IMG/VR virus record: IMGVR_UViG_3300027861_000018
Span: 22,269-86,268 of that record
From: a virus
DNA: 64,000 nucleotides
Strand: one strand, 5' to 3'
Numbering within the stretch: the stretch's first letter is position 1; the number at the start of each line of letters is the position of its first letter. Positions 28,457-38,343 of the stretch are shown piece by piece. Both the position numbers and the translations under genes were made by a program. The notes below the pieces were generated by a model that saw only the letters and a program-made list of their open reading frames with translations, was not told where the DNA came from and ran no database searches.

Positions 28457-29383
28457 TCACTCTGCTGACAGGAGCAAAGAGCTGAATGATCCGGCTTGAA
28501 GTGCTGGCACGACTACGCCGGTGGTGGTTGACGCCACGAGACCGAGGCCGGCAATCAGGCCGGCAATCTCTGTGAGGCTGCTAGCAATCGTTGCCTGAAA
28601 TCCCAGCGCACCTTCGACAATCGCTGCGGTGGCCGTTAATGACGTCTGCTCCACCTTGAACTCGCCCACTTCAGCCAACACATTGGTTGCATTCAAGAGC
28701 AAGGTGCCAGTCAGCACAGACATCTCGCCGTCGCCAGCAGATATGATGTCAGAATCCTCTGTGCCCATGAACCAGCCGTCACTGTTGAACACGAGGATAT
28801 TCTGATTGCCGTCAAGGATTGTGATGGTCCCATTTGTCGAATCTAACTGGATAAGGTTGGATGATGCGCCAGCGCTGGCGAGATATACCCCATCAGGGTC
28901 CATGGACAGGAAGTTGGTCTTGCCCTCCCCGTGAGCCATTGACAGCTCCAGCTTCTCCATCTTGGCTGTGTCATCCCACATCAATACGTGGCCGCGCGCA
29001 GTCGTGACACCTCTGCGCGCAGGATAATTGGTCTGGAACAGTTCTGGCACCACATCAGAGCCGCGGCTGCTTGCGCACGCTTGCCATCGGATGTTTGGAG
29101 CAGCCATGGCGCTGAAGCCGCCTCGCTCATCGTTTGGACTGCTCACGATGATGCGCAGCTCAACCACCACCCCGATGTCAGGGATAAACAACCACCCTCC
29201 GTCGCTGGTCTCGTTGTCGCTGCTGGACAAGAATGGGTACAGCGGCTCCACCCATTGAGGCAGCTCGCCTTCTACCGGCACCAGCGTGCCGCACTGGACC
29301 TTCAGCCTGCCTCGCTTCTCTTCATCCAAATTGTCGGTGACAATTCCGTAATGGATTTCAATGCGATGACCTTGCGTGCTCAT
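28457..29383 (-). CDS. Baseplate central spike (gpV/gp5/VgrG OB-fold)
   Basis: YGIVTDNLDEEKRGRLKV...GGWLFIPDIG; TTARGHVLMWDD; ATGA overlap at 29380-29383. Confidence 0.85.
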   Translation of the reverse strand: MSTQGHRIEIHYGIVTDNLDEEKRGRLKVQCGTLVPVEGELPQWVEPLYPFLSSSDNETSDGGWLFIPDIGVVVELRIIVSSPNDERGGFSAMAAPNIRWQACASSRGSDVVPELFQTNYPARRGVTTARGHVLMWDDTAKMEKLELSMAHGEGKTNFLSMDPDGVYLASAGASSNLIQLDSTNGTITILDGNQNILVFNSDGWFMGTEDSDIISAGDGEMSVLTGTLLLNATNVLAEVGEFKVEQTSLTATAAIVEGALGFQATIASSLTEIAGLIAGLGLVASTTTGVVVPALQAGSFSSLLLSAE

Positions 29384-30525
29384 TCCACAACCTTGTTGCC
29401 AAACCACTCAGTGGTGAACCCGCTGCTTGCATCATAGACGTGCTTCACAGTTGAGAATTGATAGTCTCCAGACAACTGCGTGCCGACGCCTGCGACTGTG
29501 TGCACCTCGCCCGCCTTCAGCACCTCCAGGCCAACGCACTTGCCGCGAGCCGTGATGAATTGATCCTTGCGCGCTCTGAAGAATCGCTCAGCATACAGCT
29601 GGGCATCTTCTGCCGTGTCGAAGTGCACGCCGGGCACTACCTCGACGCTGACGCCGCTGGCGGCCAATCTGAAGCTAGTGGAACTGAGAATCTCATCCTC
29701 CAGCTCGCCCGAGCCTGTGAACTTGATGGACTCTCCATCCTTGGATTCCTCTAGCTCCACTGCCTCCCATGTCCTTGTATCCTGATCGAAATACAGGACG
29801 CTGACCTTGGTGGGTTGGCCTGTGATTGCCATCGATGCACTAAAAGACAGGAGGGTGTTGGAGACTCCATCGGCTGCGTAAGTGAATGTGTACTGCTTGT
29901 CTTGTGCAAAGATGTCGGGACCCCAGTGCAGCTCCCACTCATTGAGGTCATCGCTCCAGCGCACCTTCGCATCATAGTTGTGCAAGCGGGCAAGGCCTGA
30001 CACCAACTCCCAGTCGCTCATCCCGCGCTTCTTGGTGGTATTCTTTTCCACATCTGTGGGCTCAATCTCGGTGATGAAGGCATAGCTGTTTGCTACAGCT
30101 AGGGCCACGTCACTATGGGCTGTGTCTTCCCACACCTTGCCCTCACGCGAGTCCTCGCCATCCATCATGAGCACGCTGCCATCATACGCCTGAATGGTAA
30201 GCATGGGCGCGCCATTCTCAGGGAAGCTAGGCAGGAACTTCTGGATGACCCCGGCGCCTACCAGGACCTCATCTGCTGAATATCCCAGATACACCTTGAT
30301 CGTGTTGCCTGGTTGGAACACCTTGGTATCTGTGAACGCAAACTTGCCCGTGAGCCCCCCTTTCAAGGAGTCTATCTGCGGGTTGAGGACTGTGAGCGTG
30401 ATCTTGTCAGCCATCTCCTGAGTCAGTTCCACGGTGCATTTCTGGACGTAGTTGGTGACCTCAACATCCAGCTCGATGCCTTCCACCTCGATGCGGATTG
30501 ACGGCGCTAGATGATCGAATGCCAT
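29380..30525 (-). CDS. Baseplate hub (late control D/gp27-like)
   Basis: GNTIKVYLGY; SDWELVSGLA; GVGTQLSGDYQFSTVKH; synteny. Confidence 0.85.
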   Translation of the reverse strand: MAFDHLAPSIRIEVEGIELDVEVTNYVQKCTVELTQEMADKITLTVLNPQIDSLKGGLTGKFAFTDTKVFQPGNTIKVYLGYSADEVLVGAGVIQKFLPSFPENGAPMLTIQAYDGSVLMMDGEDSREGKVWEDTAHSDVALAVANSYAFITEIEPTDVEKNTTKKRGMSDWELVSGLARLHNYDAKVRWSDDLNEWELHWGPDIFAQDKQYTFTYAADGVSNTLLSFSASMAITGQPTKVSVLYFDQDTRTWEAVELEESKDGESIKFTGSGELEDEILSSTSFRLAASGVSVEVVPGVHFDTAEDAQLYAERFFRARKDQFITARGKCVGLEVLKAGEVHTVAGVGTQLSGDYQFSTVKHVYDASSGFTTEWFGNKVVE

Positions 30526-31343
30526 CAGATATCGCCATTGACGATGTGGCTTCGATAACTCACGCTGCGCTTGTCCAGGACCGCATCAAACAAGGCTGTT
30601 TGGGCGGTGCGTCGGCGCAGGGCGAGTGATTGGCGCTTGAGCACAAGCTCGCGACGCGCTTTGGCCTTGGGGATGATGTGAATACGCTCCCCTTGCGGGA
30701 TGCCATCTATCTCTAAGTCAGGATTGCGTCGACGTATGACCTCACCCAGCTTAGCGTCCCCATACAGACGTTGGGCGATGACTTCGAATGTATCACCTTG
30801 CTTGGCGTATATGACCAATGACTCGCTGGCGCCGACTAGGGCGCCGACATCATACTCCACATACCTGGCCATTCTGATGCGGAATAGGACGCCGCGCAGA
30901 CTGGAGGGTTTGGAGCCGAATAGATATTCAGGGCGGGCGTGATCATATCGAATCCCGCCGACGGACTGGATCACCACATCTTGTTGGAACTCTTCGGACC
31001 AAGTGAATGTATATACGTGAGGACGCCCCAGCGCCTCATCTGCGCGCGGCAGCTCTCTGATCGTATCCACCAAGTCCTTGATGTTATCAGAGTTCAAGCC
31101 AGTGCCGAGCACGCCGTTGTGCTTGGCAAACACCTTGGCATCAAATGTGATGACATCCAGGTTGCCCCGCATGAATTGCAGAACCGGTTGCTGAAGCCCT
31201 AGCGTGCTCGTCTCTGCCCAGACCCCGCTCACATTCTCGACAAGGTTGCTTGGTCTATATTGACCCTCCACCGTCGTGCCGGGGGCATCGAGGCTCGACA
31301 AGGTCCAAATGACCTCTTTCGCGAACAGGTCGCTGGTTCCCAT
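30525..31343 (-). CDS. Tail tube initiator with LysM/gpX-like domain
   Basis: QYRPSNL...QPVLQF tube-like N-terminus; AKQGDTFEVIAQRLYGD...RRNP LysM-like motif. Confidence 0.75.
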   Translation of the reverse strand: MGTSDLFAKEVIWTLSSLDAPGTTVEGQYRPSNLVENVSGVWAETSTLGLQQPVLQFMRGNLDVITFDAKVFAKHNGVLGTGLNSDNIKDLVDTIRELPRADEALGRPHVYTFTWSEEFQQDVVIQSVGGIRYDHARPEYLFGSKPSSLRGVLFRIRMARYVEYDVGALVGASESLVIYAKQGDTFEVIAQRLYGDAKLGEVIRRRNPDLEIDGIPQGERIHIIPKAKARRELVLKRQSLALRRRTAQTALFDAVLDKRSVSYRSHIVNGDI

Positions 31344-31472
31344 GCCTCAGGCCTCCTGTCGGGGCGCACCCGCCTGCGCGAGCACATCGAAGCGCGCCTG
31401 AGAGGGGTGCGGGTGGATATCGGTGTGGGGGATCATCTGCGATGCCTCCTGCGTGGCGCTCTGCCACCGGTA

Positions 31473-33869
31473 TCAGTTGTGCAAGAGGGCTGAGCCGTGT
31501 TCGAGAATCTGGCGGCGCTGGTATGGCGTGCTCGTGGCGCCGGTGCGGTCTGCGATGTCCTGGTGATGACGACCTGTTGCGATGGCCATGACTGCGCCAT
31601 CTACCTTCACTTCAGTCGTGATGTCAACTTGATTCTTGTTCTCGGTGTTCACAGTCACATTGGAATCATGCGGGGTTGCGACTTCTGCACTGCCCTTCCC
31701 CATCAATTCCAAGAGCTGCCCTGAAAGGGTTGCCGCCTTGTCTTGAGGCTTCATCCACTCAGGCATGGGCGGCTCTGAAATGAAGGCTTGGGCTTCAGTG
31801 AGTGCCGCTGCCGTGTCGACCCCTAACAGACGCCAGATTGCCTGCGTGACGGGGTTGTTCATCAGCACCTTGAACATTTCCAAGATGCCGTTGATGGCAA
31901 GCCGCATATGAGCTGACATCATCAACCCAATTCCAAAGAAGATGCGCCCCAAGCTCGCGTGGAGCGTATTGGCACCATAGATCAAGTCCAAGAATCCGCC
32001 CGCTATGAGCCCCATTCCCGCAACCGCCGGCTTCATGAACTTGGACCAGATGACGACCCCGAACTTGATGAATAGCGCAGTGCCTCTCAAGACCCAGCCG
32101 GCAAGGATGGCGAGCATAGCTGCCAGAGTCCCCATGGTCTCGCCCACGCCCTTGAATGTGGCCGAAGTCTCCACGCCGCCACTGGTCAGAGTCTCCATGA
32201 CGACTTCCCATGCCTCTTTGAGGGTGGCGAGCCCTGGAGCAAATGCTTGCTCAATCGCTGTCCAATTTGACATGAACGACTCTTTGGCCGCCTGCCACAT
32301 CACAACCATCGCGCCATGAATGTCAGTCAGGAGCTGCGTGAAGGTGACGCCATTCGCGCTAGCCGCGAGGAACATGCCGCCAATCAAGAGCCCGATGATT
32401 TGCGCGATGCCGGCCACGGCAATCATGACCGGCAGCAGCGCTTCTCCCAAAACAAACCCAACAGCAGCAATGCCGGCAATTGCCAACGCAACCGGGGTGA
32501 GCACAACAGCCAAAGCAATCAAAGCAACCGTAATGACGCCAGCCATCTTGGCCCAAGCAACGTCACCCTCGCCAAGCGACGAAATGATGGCCTCCATCTC
32601 GGTACGGAACATCCTCGTGCCGTCCGCAACCGCCGTGATGCCAATCATCAGGCCCATGCCAAATTCTGCGGCGGCACCCTCTCCCTTGCCCTCCATGCCA
32701 AGAGTAACAGCCTGCACAAAGTCAGTCATGTTCTTGGTAGCAGCTCTCAACTCGACATTGAGAGGCATCATCGCATCAATAGCAAAACCTTCCGTGGCGC
32801 TCGACAGAAGGGTCATCTGGCCTGTCAGGTTGTCAAGCCGCAACTCTGCCATCTTCTCCGCGCTGCCCTTGGCCTTCTTGAGCAGCTCCACAAGGTCACT
32901 CAGCTTCCCTGATGTCGCCATGTCCTTGAGGTTGGTCGCAGCTTTCTGCCCTCGCAAGCCAAACAGATCAACCAGCAATCCGGCGGCATCCATGTTGCCG
33001 CCACTCTCTGCTGCCGCAGAAGCAATTGCATCAAGCACCTGCGGGAATGGCAGCATATCGCCGTGCGCATCTTCAAACGCTACGCCAAGTGCGCCCAGAC
33101 GCACCTTTGTCTTGTCAGTCAACGTTGTCATTTTGGACAACATCGTGTTCATCGATGACCCAGCAACTGACGCATCCAACCCCACATCTTGCAACAAGGC
33201 GACGCCCGCAACAGTCTCCTCCAGGGGAATGTTGAATTGGCGAGCCGTTGATGCGACGTTCTTCATCGACTCACCCAGCGAACCGATGGTGCTGTTGGTC
33301 CTGCTGGACGCCAAGGCCAGCACATCAGCCACGCGCGTCGCTTCACTTGTCTCCAGGCCCATGCCCTTTAGAACGTTGGACACATTGTTGGCCGTCTCTG
33401 CCAGAGTATCCCCTGATGCCGCTGCTGCATTGAGCACTCCCTCGATGCCGCCACCCTTGCCGTTAGGACCGATGACATCAATCATATCGAAGCCAGAGCG
33501 CGACATAAGCTCCATGCCCTCACCAACTTGCGTGGCTGTGAAGACAGTCGATGACCCCAGCCTCCTGGCCACCTTCTCCATCTCGCTGATCTCACTACGA
33601 GGCTTCAGCAAGACAGCGCCCACTGCGCTCATCTGTGCTTCGAAGGCCGCTGCCTTCTCGCCCATGCCGGCCAGGACAGTTGTGAGCATCGCGCCGGCAG
33701 CACCGACAGCACCCATCGCAAGTCCGACGCTGCCCAACTTTTGGGCAAGCATGCCCGAAGCTCGCGTGGTGGACTTGAAAGCCCCTCCCAACCTACGCAA
33801 CTGGCCAATGGAGCTGCCGACGCTCACGCGGATGGTGGCCCCGAGAGCCATCGCATTCATGAACGCCAT
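31473..33869 (-). CDS. Tape measure protein (TP901 family)
   Basis: FEAQMSAVGA, STVFTATQVGEGM, VADVLALASSRTNS and DNLTGQMTLLSSA; Ala/Gly-rich with hydrophobic segments. Confidence 0.93.
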   Translation of the reverse strand: MAFMNAMALGATIRVSVGSSIGQLRRLGGAFKSTTRASGMLAQKLGSVGLAMGAVGAAGAMLTTVLAGMGEKAAAFEAQMSAVGAVLLKPRSEISEMEKVARRLGSSTVFTATQVGEGMELMSRSGFDMIDVIGPNGKGGGIEGVLNAAAASGDTLAETANNVSNVLKGMGLETSEATRVADVLALASSRTNSTIGSLGESMKNVASTARQFNIPLEETVAGVALLQDVGLDASVAGSSMNTMLSKMTTLTDKTKVRLGALGVAFEDAHGDMLPFPQVLDAIASAAAESGGNMDAAGLLVDLFGLRGQKAATNLKDMATSGKLSDLVELLKKAKGSAEKMAELRLDNLTGQMTLLSSATEGFAIDAMMPLNVELRAATKNMTDFVQAVTLGMEGKGEGAAAEFGMGLMIGITAVADGTRMFRTEMEAIISSLGEGDVAWAKMAGVITVALIALAVVLTPVALAIAGIAAVGFVLGEALLPVMIAVAGIAQIIGLLIGGMFLAASANGVTFTQLLTDIHGAMVVMWQAAKESFMSNWTAIEQAFAPGLATLKEAWEVVMETLTSGGVETSATFKGVGETMGTLAAMLAILAGWVLRGTALFIKFGVVIWSKFMKPAVAGMGLIAGGFLDLIYGANTLHASLGRIFFGIGLMMSAHMRLAINGILEMFKVLMNNPVTQAIWRLLGVDTAAALTEAQAFISEPPMPEWMKPQDKAATLSGQLLELMGKGSAEVATPHDSNVTVNTENKNQVDITTEVKVDGAVMAIATGRHHQDIADRTGATSTPYQRRQILEHGSALLHN

Positions 33870-33874
33870 TTATC

Positions 33875-34099
33875 TTACCCCCGGTTGCCTCGATTGGCCT
33901 TGGCCTTTGCCCTTGCGTCTTTCAGATGCTTGTCTTCTGCGAGCTTCTGCTCATACAGGCGCTTGAGATGCCAGCGCCGAGTGTGGCTGTCCATCTGTTC
34001 GCAATGCAGCGAATTGAAGTGACCCCCGTATGTCAATGCAAAGACCTCCTCATTCAGCTGCTCCGCTGGGGCTACAGGGAAGCAGCTCCAAAGAAAAAA
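33875..34099 (-). CDS. Tail assembly chaperone, C-terminal -1 frameshift extension (GT-like)
   Basis: Open -1 frame from the T-TTT-TTC slippery site to just before the tape measure gene; no convincing start of its own. Confidence 0.7.
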   Translation of the reverse strand, partial: FFLWSCFPVAPAEQLNEEVFALTYGGHFNSLHCEQMDSHTRRWHLKRLYEQKLAEDKHLKDARAKAKANRGNRG

Positions 34100-34938
34100 T
34101 CCCAATCCCAGTTGATCGGAATCCGCAGCTCAGTTCCGCACTCCGGACATTCTGGCTCCAGCGTCATGTCTGGACCAGGCACGCAATCATCGAGTGCCTT
34201 TGTGATGTGCTCAATATCATACTTGGACATGGTGTCAATGACGTGCTCTGTGAGCGGCGTTGTCCCGTCCCCAAGCTGGCGAATGCAGCTGGCTATCACG
34301 CGCACCTTGACCATCACAGCATTGGTGCGACCAGTCTTGCGGGTGATGCCCAACATGCACTCCCAGCGCGGGGGCTGGAGCACGGCGCTCTTGATGCGGT
34401 CGCCATCCTTGCCCATCAAACCATGGCGCATCTCATGGCGCCATGAGATAGCCTCCGGACCTGTGACCACTTTGACATCACCCATCGCCAGGTCACCCAC
34501 ATACTTCCACTTGTGGGAACAAGTTGGGCACGTGCAGCTGGCGCTGAGCTCATCTCCCAGAGCCTCCCGGCGCAAGCTGAAATACGCATACAGCACATCT
34601 GGCAACCACATTCGTTGAATCACCAGCTTACGCTGTTGGTGGTTGAGTGCTTGGAAGTCAGCGTGAGGCCCGAGCACCGTGAGGACCGTTGACAGCACCT
34701 CCACCACATATTCAGCTGATGCTCTGGTCTTCTTCCTCTTCAGGGCAAGCTCGCGCTCGATGGCCAGATCATAGACCTTGAACCCAAAGCTGCGATGGAG
34801 CTCACCGCCGTCCAAGATGCCGATGGGAAGTTGCTCACCCCACATCTGGAAAGTGGTCTGGTCATGACCCTCGAAGCCATCGGTTGTCGGCAACGGGGCC
34901 TGTTCAGCCGCCGCATTGAGCTTCTGTACTGCTGCCAT
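34072..34938 (-). CDS. Tail assembly chaperone / T4 gp26-like protein with two CxxC motifs
   Basis: Between tube and tape measure genes; CTCPTC and ECPECG; ends WDWDFFFGAASL. Confidence 0.7.
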   Translation of the reverse strand: MAAVQKLNAAAEQAPLPTTDGFEGHDQTTFQMWGEQLPIGILDGGELHRSFGFKVYDLAIERELALKRKKTRASAEYVVEVLSTVLTVLGPHADFQALNHQQRKLVIQRMWLPDVLYAYFSLRREALGDELSASCTCPTCSHKWKYVGDLAMGDVKVVTGPEAISWRHEMRHGLMGKDGDRIKSAVLQPPRWECMLGITRKTGRTNAVMVKVRVIASCIRQLGDGTTPLTEHVIDTMSKYDIEHITKALDDCVPGPDMTLEPECPECGTELRIPINWDWDFFFGAASL

Positions 34939-35043
34939 GCTATTCTGCTCCTCAGATGCGCCTGATGGCGTCTGTTGGGGTAAGGGTTGGGCGCAAACCC
35001 CGAAGCACAGAGCGTGTTGCTGTGCTGGCGGGGCGTGGTGTCA

Positions 35044-35487
35044 TCAGATTGGGAACAAGCTGTCCACCTGGAAGGTCCACTCAAGGACGGCCATGTCACC
35101 AGCGTTCTCAAAGTCCAGGTCAGGCGTCTTCCGCTTGCTGGGCCACATGCCGGTGAAGCTGTATGTCTTGATGAGGGCGCCTGTTCCAGAAGTCAAGACC
35201 AAGGTGCCTGGCTTCTTTGCAGTTGAACTGATGGGGTCTTGGCACTCCTCAAACCAGACTTCCATCGCCAGCACTTCAGCAAGATGGTGCAACGGCTGCT
35301 CGCCGGTGAACTCGGTTGCCTGAGCATTGCCGCCTGGCGACCGGGTGCGGTCAGGCAGGTCCACCACATCAACGGCATATTCCAGCCCGCTCAATTTGGT
35401 GAAAGTGATGAGAGGCATGCCCACAACGATCAATGTGTACTTATTGACCGGGATGTGATCTGCCTGGAGGACCTGCTTGATGCCCAT
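35044..35487 (-). CDS. Tail tube protein (T4 gp19-like)
   Basis: FTKLSGLE, KKPGTLVL, FTGMWPSK and MAVLEWTF; directly after the sheath. Confidence 0.88.
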   Translation of the reverse strand: MGIKQVLQADHIPVNKYTLIVVGMPLITFTKLSGLEYAVDVVDLPDRTRSPGGNAQATEFTGEQPLHHLAEVLAMEVWFEECQDPISSTAKKPGTLVLTSGTGALIKTYSFTGMWPSKRKTPDLDFENAGDMAVLEWTFQVDSLFPI

Positions 35488-35540
35488 GATCCAGCTCCTA
35501 TTTGGGTCTTGGCGAGCAGACCCGCCAGGAGGTTGATGCA

Positions 35541-35564
35541 TTGCCGGCCCGACTAGGCCGGCAA
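35541..35564. promoter_or_regulatory. GC-rich hairpin between sheath and tube genes
   Basis: TTGCCGGCC-cgacta-GGCCGGCAA perfect 9-bp stem with no U-tract. Confidence 0.5.
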
Positions 35565-35576
35565 GCGAAATGCGTG

Positions 35577-38339
35577 TCAGCCAAGGTCCTCAAAGATGCC
35601 AGCCTTGCCGATGCGAATGTTGAAGCGCTCGACAGTGTCAGCCAATCGCAGCTTGATGTCTGCGTACAGGTCACCATTGGCGGCGGTCAAGTTGGTGTTG
35701 TTGTCTTCATCAATCTTGATGCTGACAGCTTGCTCAAACTTGTCACCCCGCAGCGCGCGCTTCTGCCACTCTGGCAGGAAGAAAGCCCTGAAGGTTGTGA
35801 TCAGCCCTTGACGGGTGATCTGGTCATTGATGGCGAACACAATGAAGTCGAACTGATCCCTGAAGATGTTCTCATAGTGAGACAGCTGCTCACGCTGGTG
35901 CTTCCATCTCCACCCCGGGTCAGAGCTGATGGTGCGGTCGCCCCAGATCACGAAGTTGCCCTTGACCTTCTTGATGACGCCGATTCCCACCGGGTTCAAC
36001 ACTTCTTCGCTGAGCACGCGCTCGCCAGTTGGGAGCTTGGCCACATTGGGCAGGGTGACATCAATGCCGGCCGCCGCCTTGTGATAGCCGCCATAATTCT
36101 TGGCAACCAGGGCTTCGCGACCATGAATGGAGCCGGTCAGCGTGCGCACAACCAAGCCTGAGCCGGTCGGATTGGGCACATATCCATAGCTGGGATATGA
36201 GCACACCCCGAAGTCATTGCGGCCGATGGTGTCATTGATCCAGGCAACGGCGGCAGAATCGTCATCCAGGGTGTCCACGAACTCAACGCGGTACTGGTAG
36301 TTGGCAAATTCAGCATATGCCAAACCTGCCTTCTGGATGGCTGAAGCAGTCTTGGCCGGCGTGGCCAGCTTCACCAATCCGAGATTGCGACCAACCAGCC
36401 TGTTGATGACCGACGTGCTGGTGTTGTAGTGCTGGGTGTAATCAGCGTCTGCCGGATCATCGCCGTCATAGCCGTCGCGCAGGAATGTCGGTGCCTGAAC
36501 TCTGAACTCGGCGCCCAGGGTGCCAAGCGCAGAGTCGCCGGCCGTGACGCCCAGATTGGCCACCGTAGTTTCAACGACCAAGAAGCTGTCATATCCAGCA
36601 TTGACATCGTCGCCGCCATCATCCGTGCTGAGGTCAACCGAATCTGCTGGCGAAGTCTGCACCGTGGCAATGTCGCCTGCCGAACTGGTTGCAGTCTGCC
36701 ATTGGGTATTGATTTCTGCCACAAGCGCCGCTGCGCTGGCGAACGGAGCATTGGTTGTGACATCCACCGTCACCTTCCCAAAGTGACTGTGGATCACGTC
36801 CAAGTCAGCCGACGGAGTCAGCGCAAAAGTCAGCGTGCCTGTGTTGGTGACATTCCCTGCCGCCGTTGCCGTGACAGCCTCATCCGGCGCAGCGGCAGGT
36901 GCGCTGGTAAGCGTGATGGTGTCATTGGTGTTGTCTTCGATGCGCAGACGTGACCGCTTGTTGGTATCGATGTCATAGTACAACCAGCCGCCAGCCAGCA
37001 TACCGTCGCCATTCTCGTCGACAGGGAAGGGGCGCACATCGATGACGAAGGTATCGCCATCAGCCAGGCCGCCGTCGCCCTGGTGGACCAGGAAGCCGAT
37101 GGTGTGCTGGTTGGATGCGGCGTATGCCGTGCCAATGGTGCCATTGGGGAGGTCAACATGATCTCCGCCATATGCGACATCAGATGCCACGGTGAACGTC
37201 GTGCCACTTCCGGTGATTGTCACCGTCAGGCGTTGGGGCACAATTCGATCAGCCAAGCTGGCGTCACTGGGCTTGGTCCAGTTGTCAATCCAGCCGCCAT
37301 CAGCCGTCGCAAATGCAGCGGACTGGACGTGTGCGAATTGAGCTGTGAGGATGTTTGACGACCAATCCAGCGCCCAACCGCTGAAGTTGGACGGGCGAGT
37401 GCGAACCCCGATGCTGCCGCCATACACGACGGTCGCATCAACCCACTCATTTGACGCGTCCTGATTGACCACATTCTCGATGTAGTATTTGTGCACAGGG
37501 TCCAGGGACAAGTCGCTGTAGTCAGCCACCTTCACGCCATTCTCCCACAACTCCATCCCAAAGAAGTTGTCCTCATCTTCTTGGCCATTCTTCCACACGA
37601 CCGCCAAGCCCTTCTTGGTGCCGGCCACGCTTGCTGGGAATGTCAATTCCTCAACAGGAAGCCACAGAGTGTAGCCGTCTGCGGCAGGAGTAGCGCCCGC
37701 GGCGAGGTCGGCGGCCATGGTACTGTCCGACTCGACGGTGAGCACGCCTGCCGTGCTGTTGCTGAGCACCGTGTATGTCTTCCCTGTGACACCCTCCAAG
37801 GCCAAGGTGGCTCCAGCCCACTCATCCGCCAGGAAGGTTGACGCCGTGTCGAGGGTGGTGGCCGTAATGTCGGTGGCTACCACGGCAACGTCGCCGGTGT
37901 GAACGCGCTCACGCCCGCCCCAGCGTCCACCGCTCTTGGTGGCGAGGGTGAGCATGACGTCTTGCACATCTCCCCAAGTGACGTCAGCCTTGCGACCATA
38001 TGCGAAACCATGGCCGCCCTTCCGACCAAAGGCCGCATCATTGCTCTTCACCTCTGTGCCATCCGTGACGCGAACAACATACAGCTGCCCTGCACCCTGC
38101 CCCAGATTGAAGAAGTCGAAGGCGCAATCGGGCAACTCACTGCCTGTGTAATAGCTTCCCAGCTTCTTCTTGAATGCTGTGAGGCCAGGCGCATGAATGA
38201 TTTCACCCACCTCGCCCTTTTCTGTCTGACCCACGTAGCAGGTAATGCCAGTGGGCGCAGGAGACAGGGTCTTGTCGGGCGGCGTCTCGATGACGACAAC
38301 ACCGGCTCCGAGGGTAGGTCCAAAGCGGCGAACGCCCAT
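35577..38339 (-). CDS. Contractile tail sheath protein with large insertion domains
   Basis: GVVVIE...ITCYVGQTEKG; FFNLGQ; YHKAAAG; IWGDRT; IVFAIND; ERFNIRI. Confidence 0.93.
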   Translation of the reverse strand: MGVRRFGPTLGAGVVVIETPPDKTLSPAPTGITCYVGQTEKGEVGEIIHAPGLTAFKKKLGSYYTGSELPDCAFDFFNLGQGAGQLYVVRVTDGTEVKSNDAAFGRKGGHGFAYGRKADVTWGDVQDVMLTLATKSGGRWGGRERVHTGDVAVVATDITATTLDTASTFLADEWAGATLALEGVTGKTYTVLSNSTAGVLTVESDSTMAADLAAGATPAADGYTLWLPVEELTFPASVAGTKKGLAVVWKNGQEDEDNFFGMELWENGVKVADYSDLSLDPVHKYYIENVVNQDASNEWVDATVVYGGSIGVRTRPSNFSGWALDWSSNILTAQFAHVQSAAFATADGGWIDNWTKPSDASLADRIVPQRLTVTITGSGTTFTVASDVAYGGDHVDLPNGTIGTAYAASNQHTIGFLVHQGDGGLADGDTFVIDVRPFPVDENGDGMLAGGWLYYDIDTNKRSRLRIEDNTNDTITLTSAPAAAPDEAVTATAAGNVTNTGTLTFALTPSADLDVIHSHFGKVTVDVTTNAPFASAAALVAEINTQWQTATSSAGDIATVQTSPADSVDLSTDDGGDDVNAGYDSFLVVETTVANLGVTAGDSALGTLGAEFRVQAPTFLRDGYDGDDPADADYTQHYNTSTSVINRLVGRNLGLVKLATPAKTASAIQKAGLAYAEFANYQYRVEFVDTLDDDSAAVAWINDTIGRNDFGVCSYPSYGYVPNPTGSGLVVRTLTGSIHGREALVAKNYGGYHKAAAGIDVTLPNVAKLPTGERVLSEEVLNPVGIGVIKKVKGNFVIWGDRTISSDPGWRWKHQREQLSHYENIFRDQFDFIVFAINDQITRQGLITTFRAFFLPEWQKRALRGDKFEQAVSIKIDEDNNTNLTAANGDLYADIKLRLADTVERFNIRIGKAGIFEDLG

Positions 38340-38343
38340 GGTG

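Noticed and set aside
32320-33966. 548-aa plus-strand ORF
   Set aside because: Codon-bias shadow of the tape measure gene.
20433-38339. Extracellular contractile injection system or tailocin
   Set aside because: Linked capsid, portal, terminase and replication genes show a complete phage.
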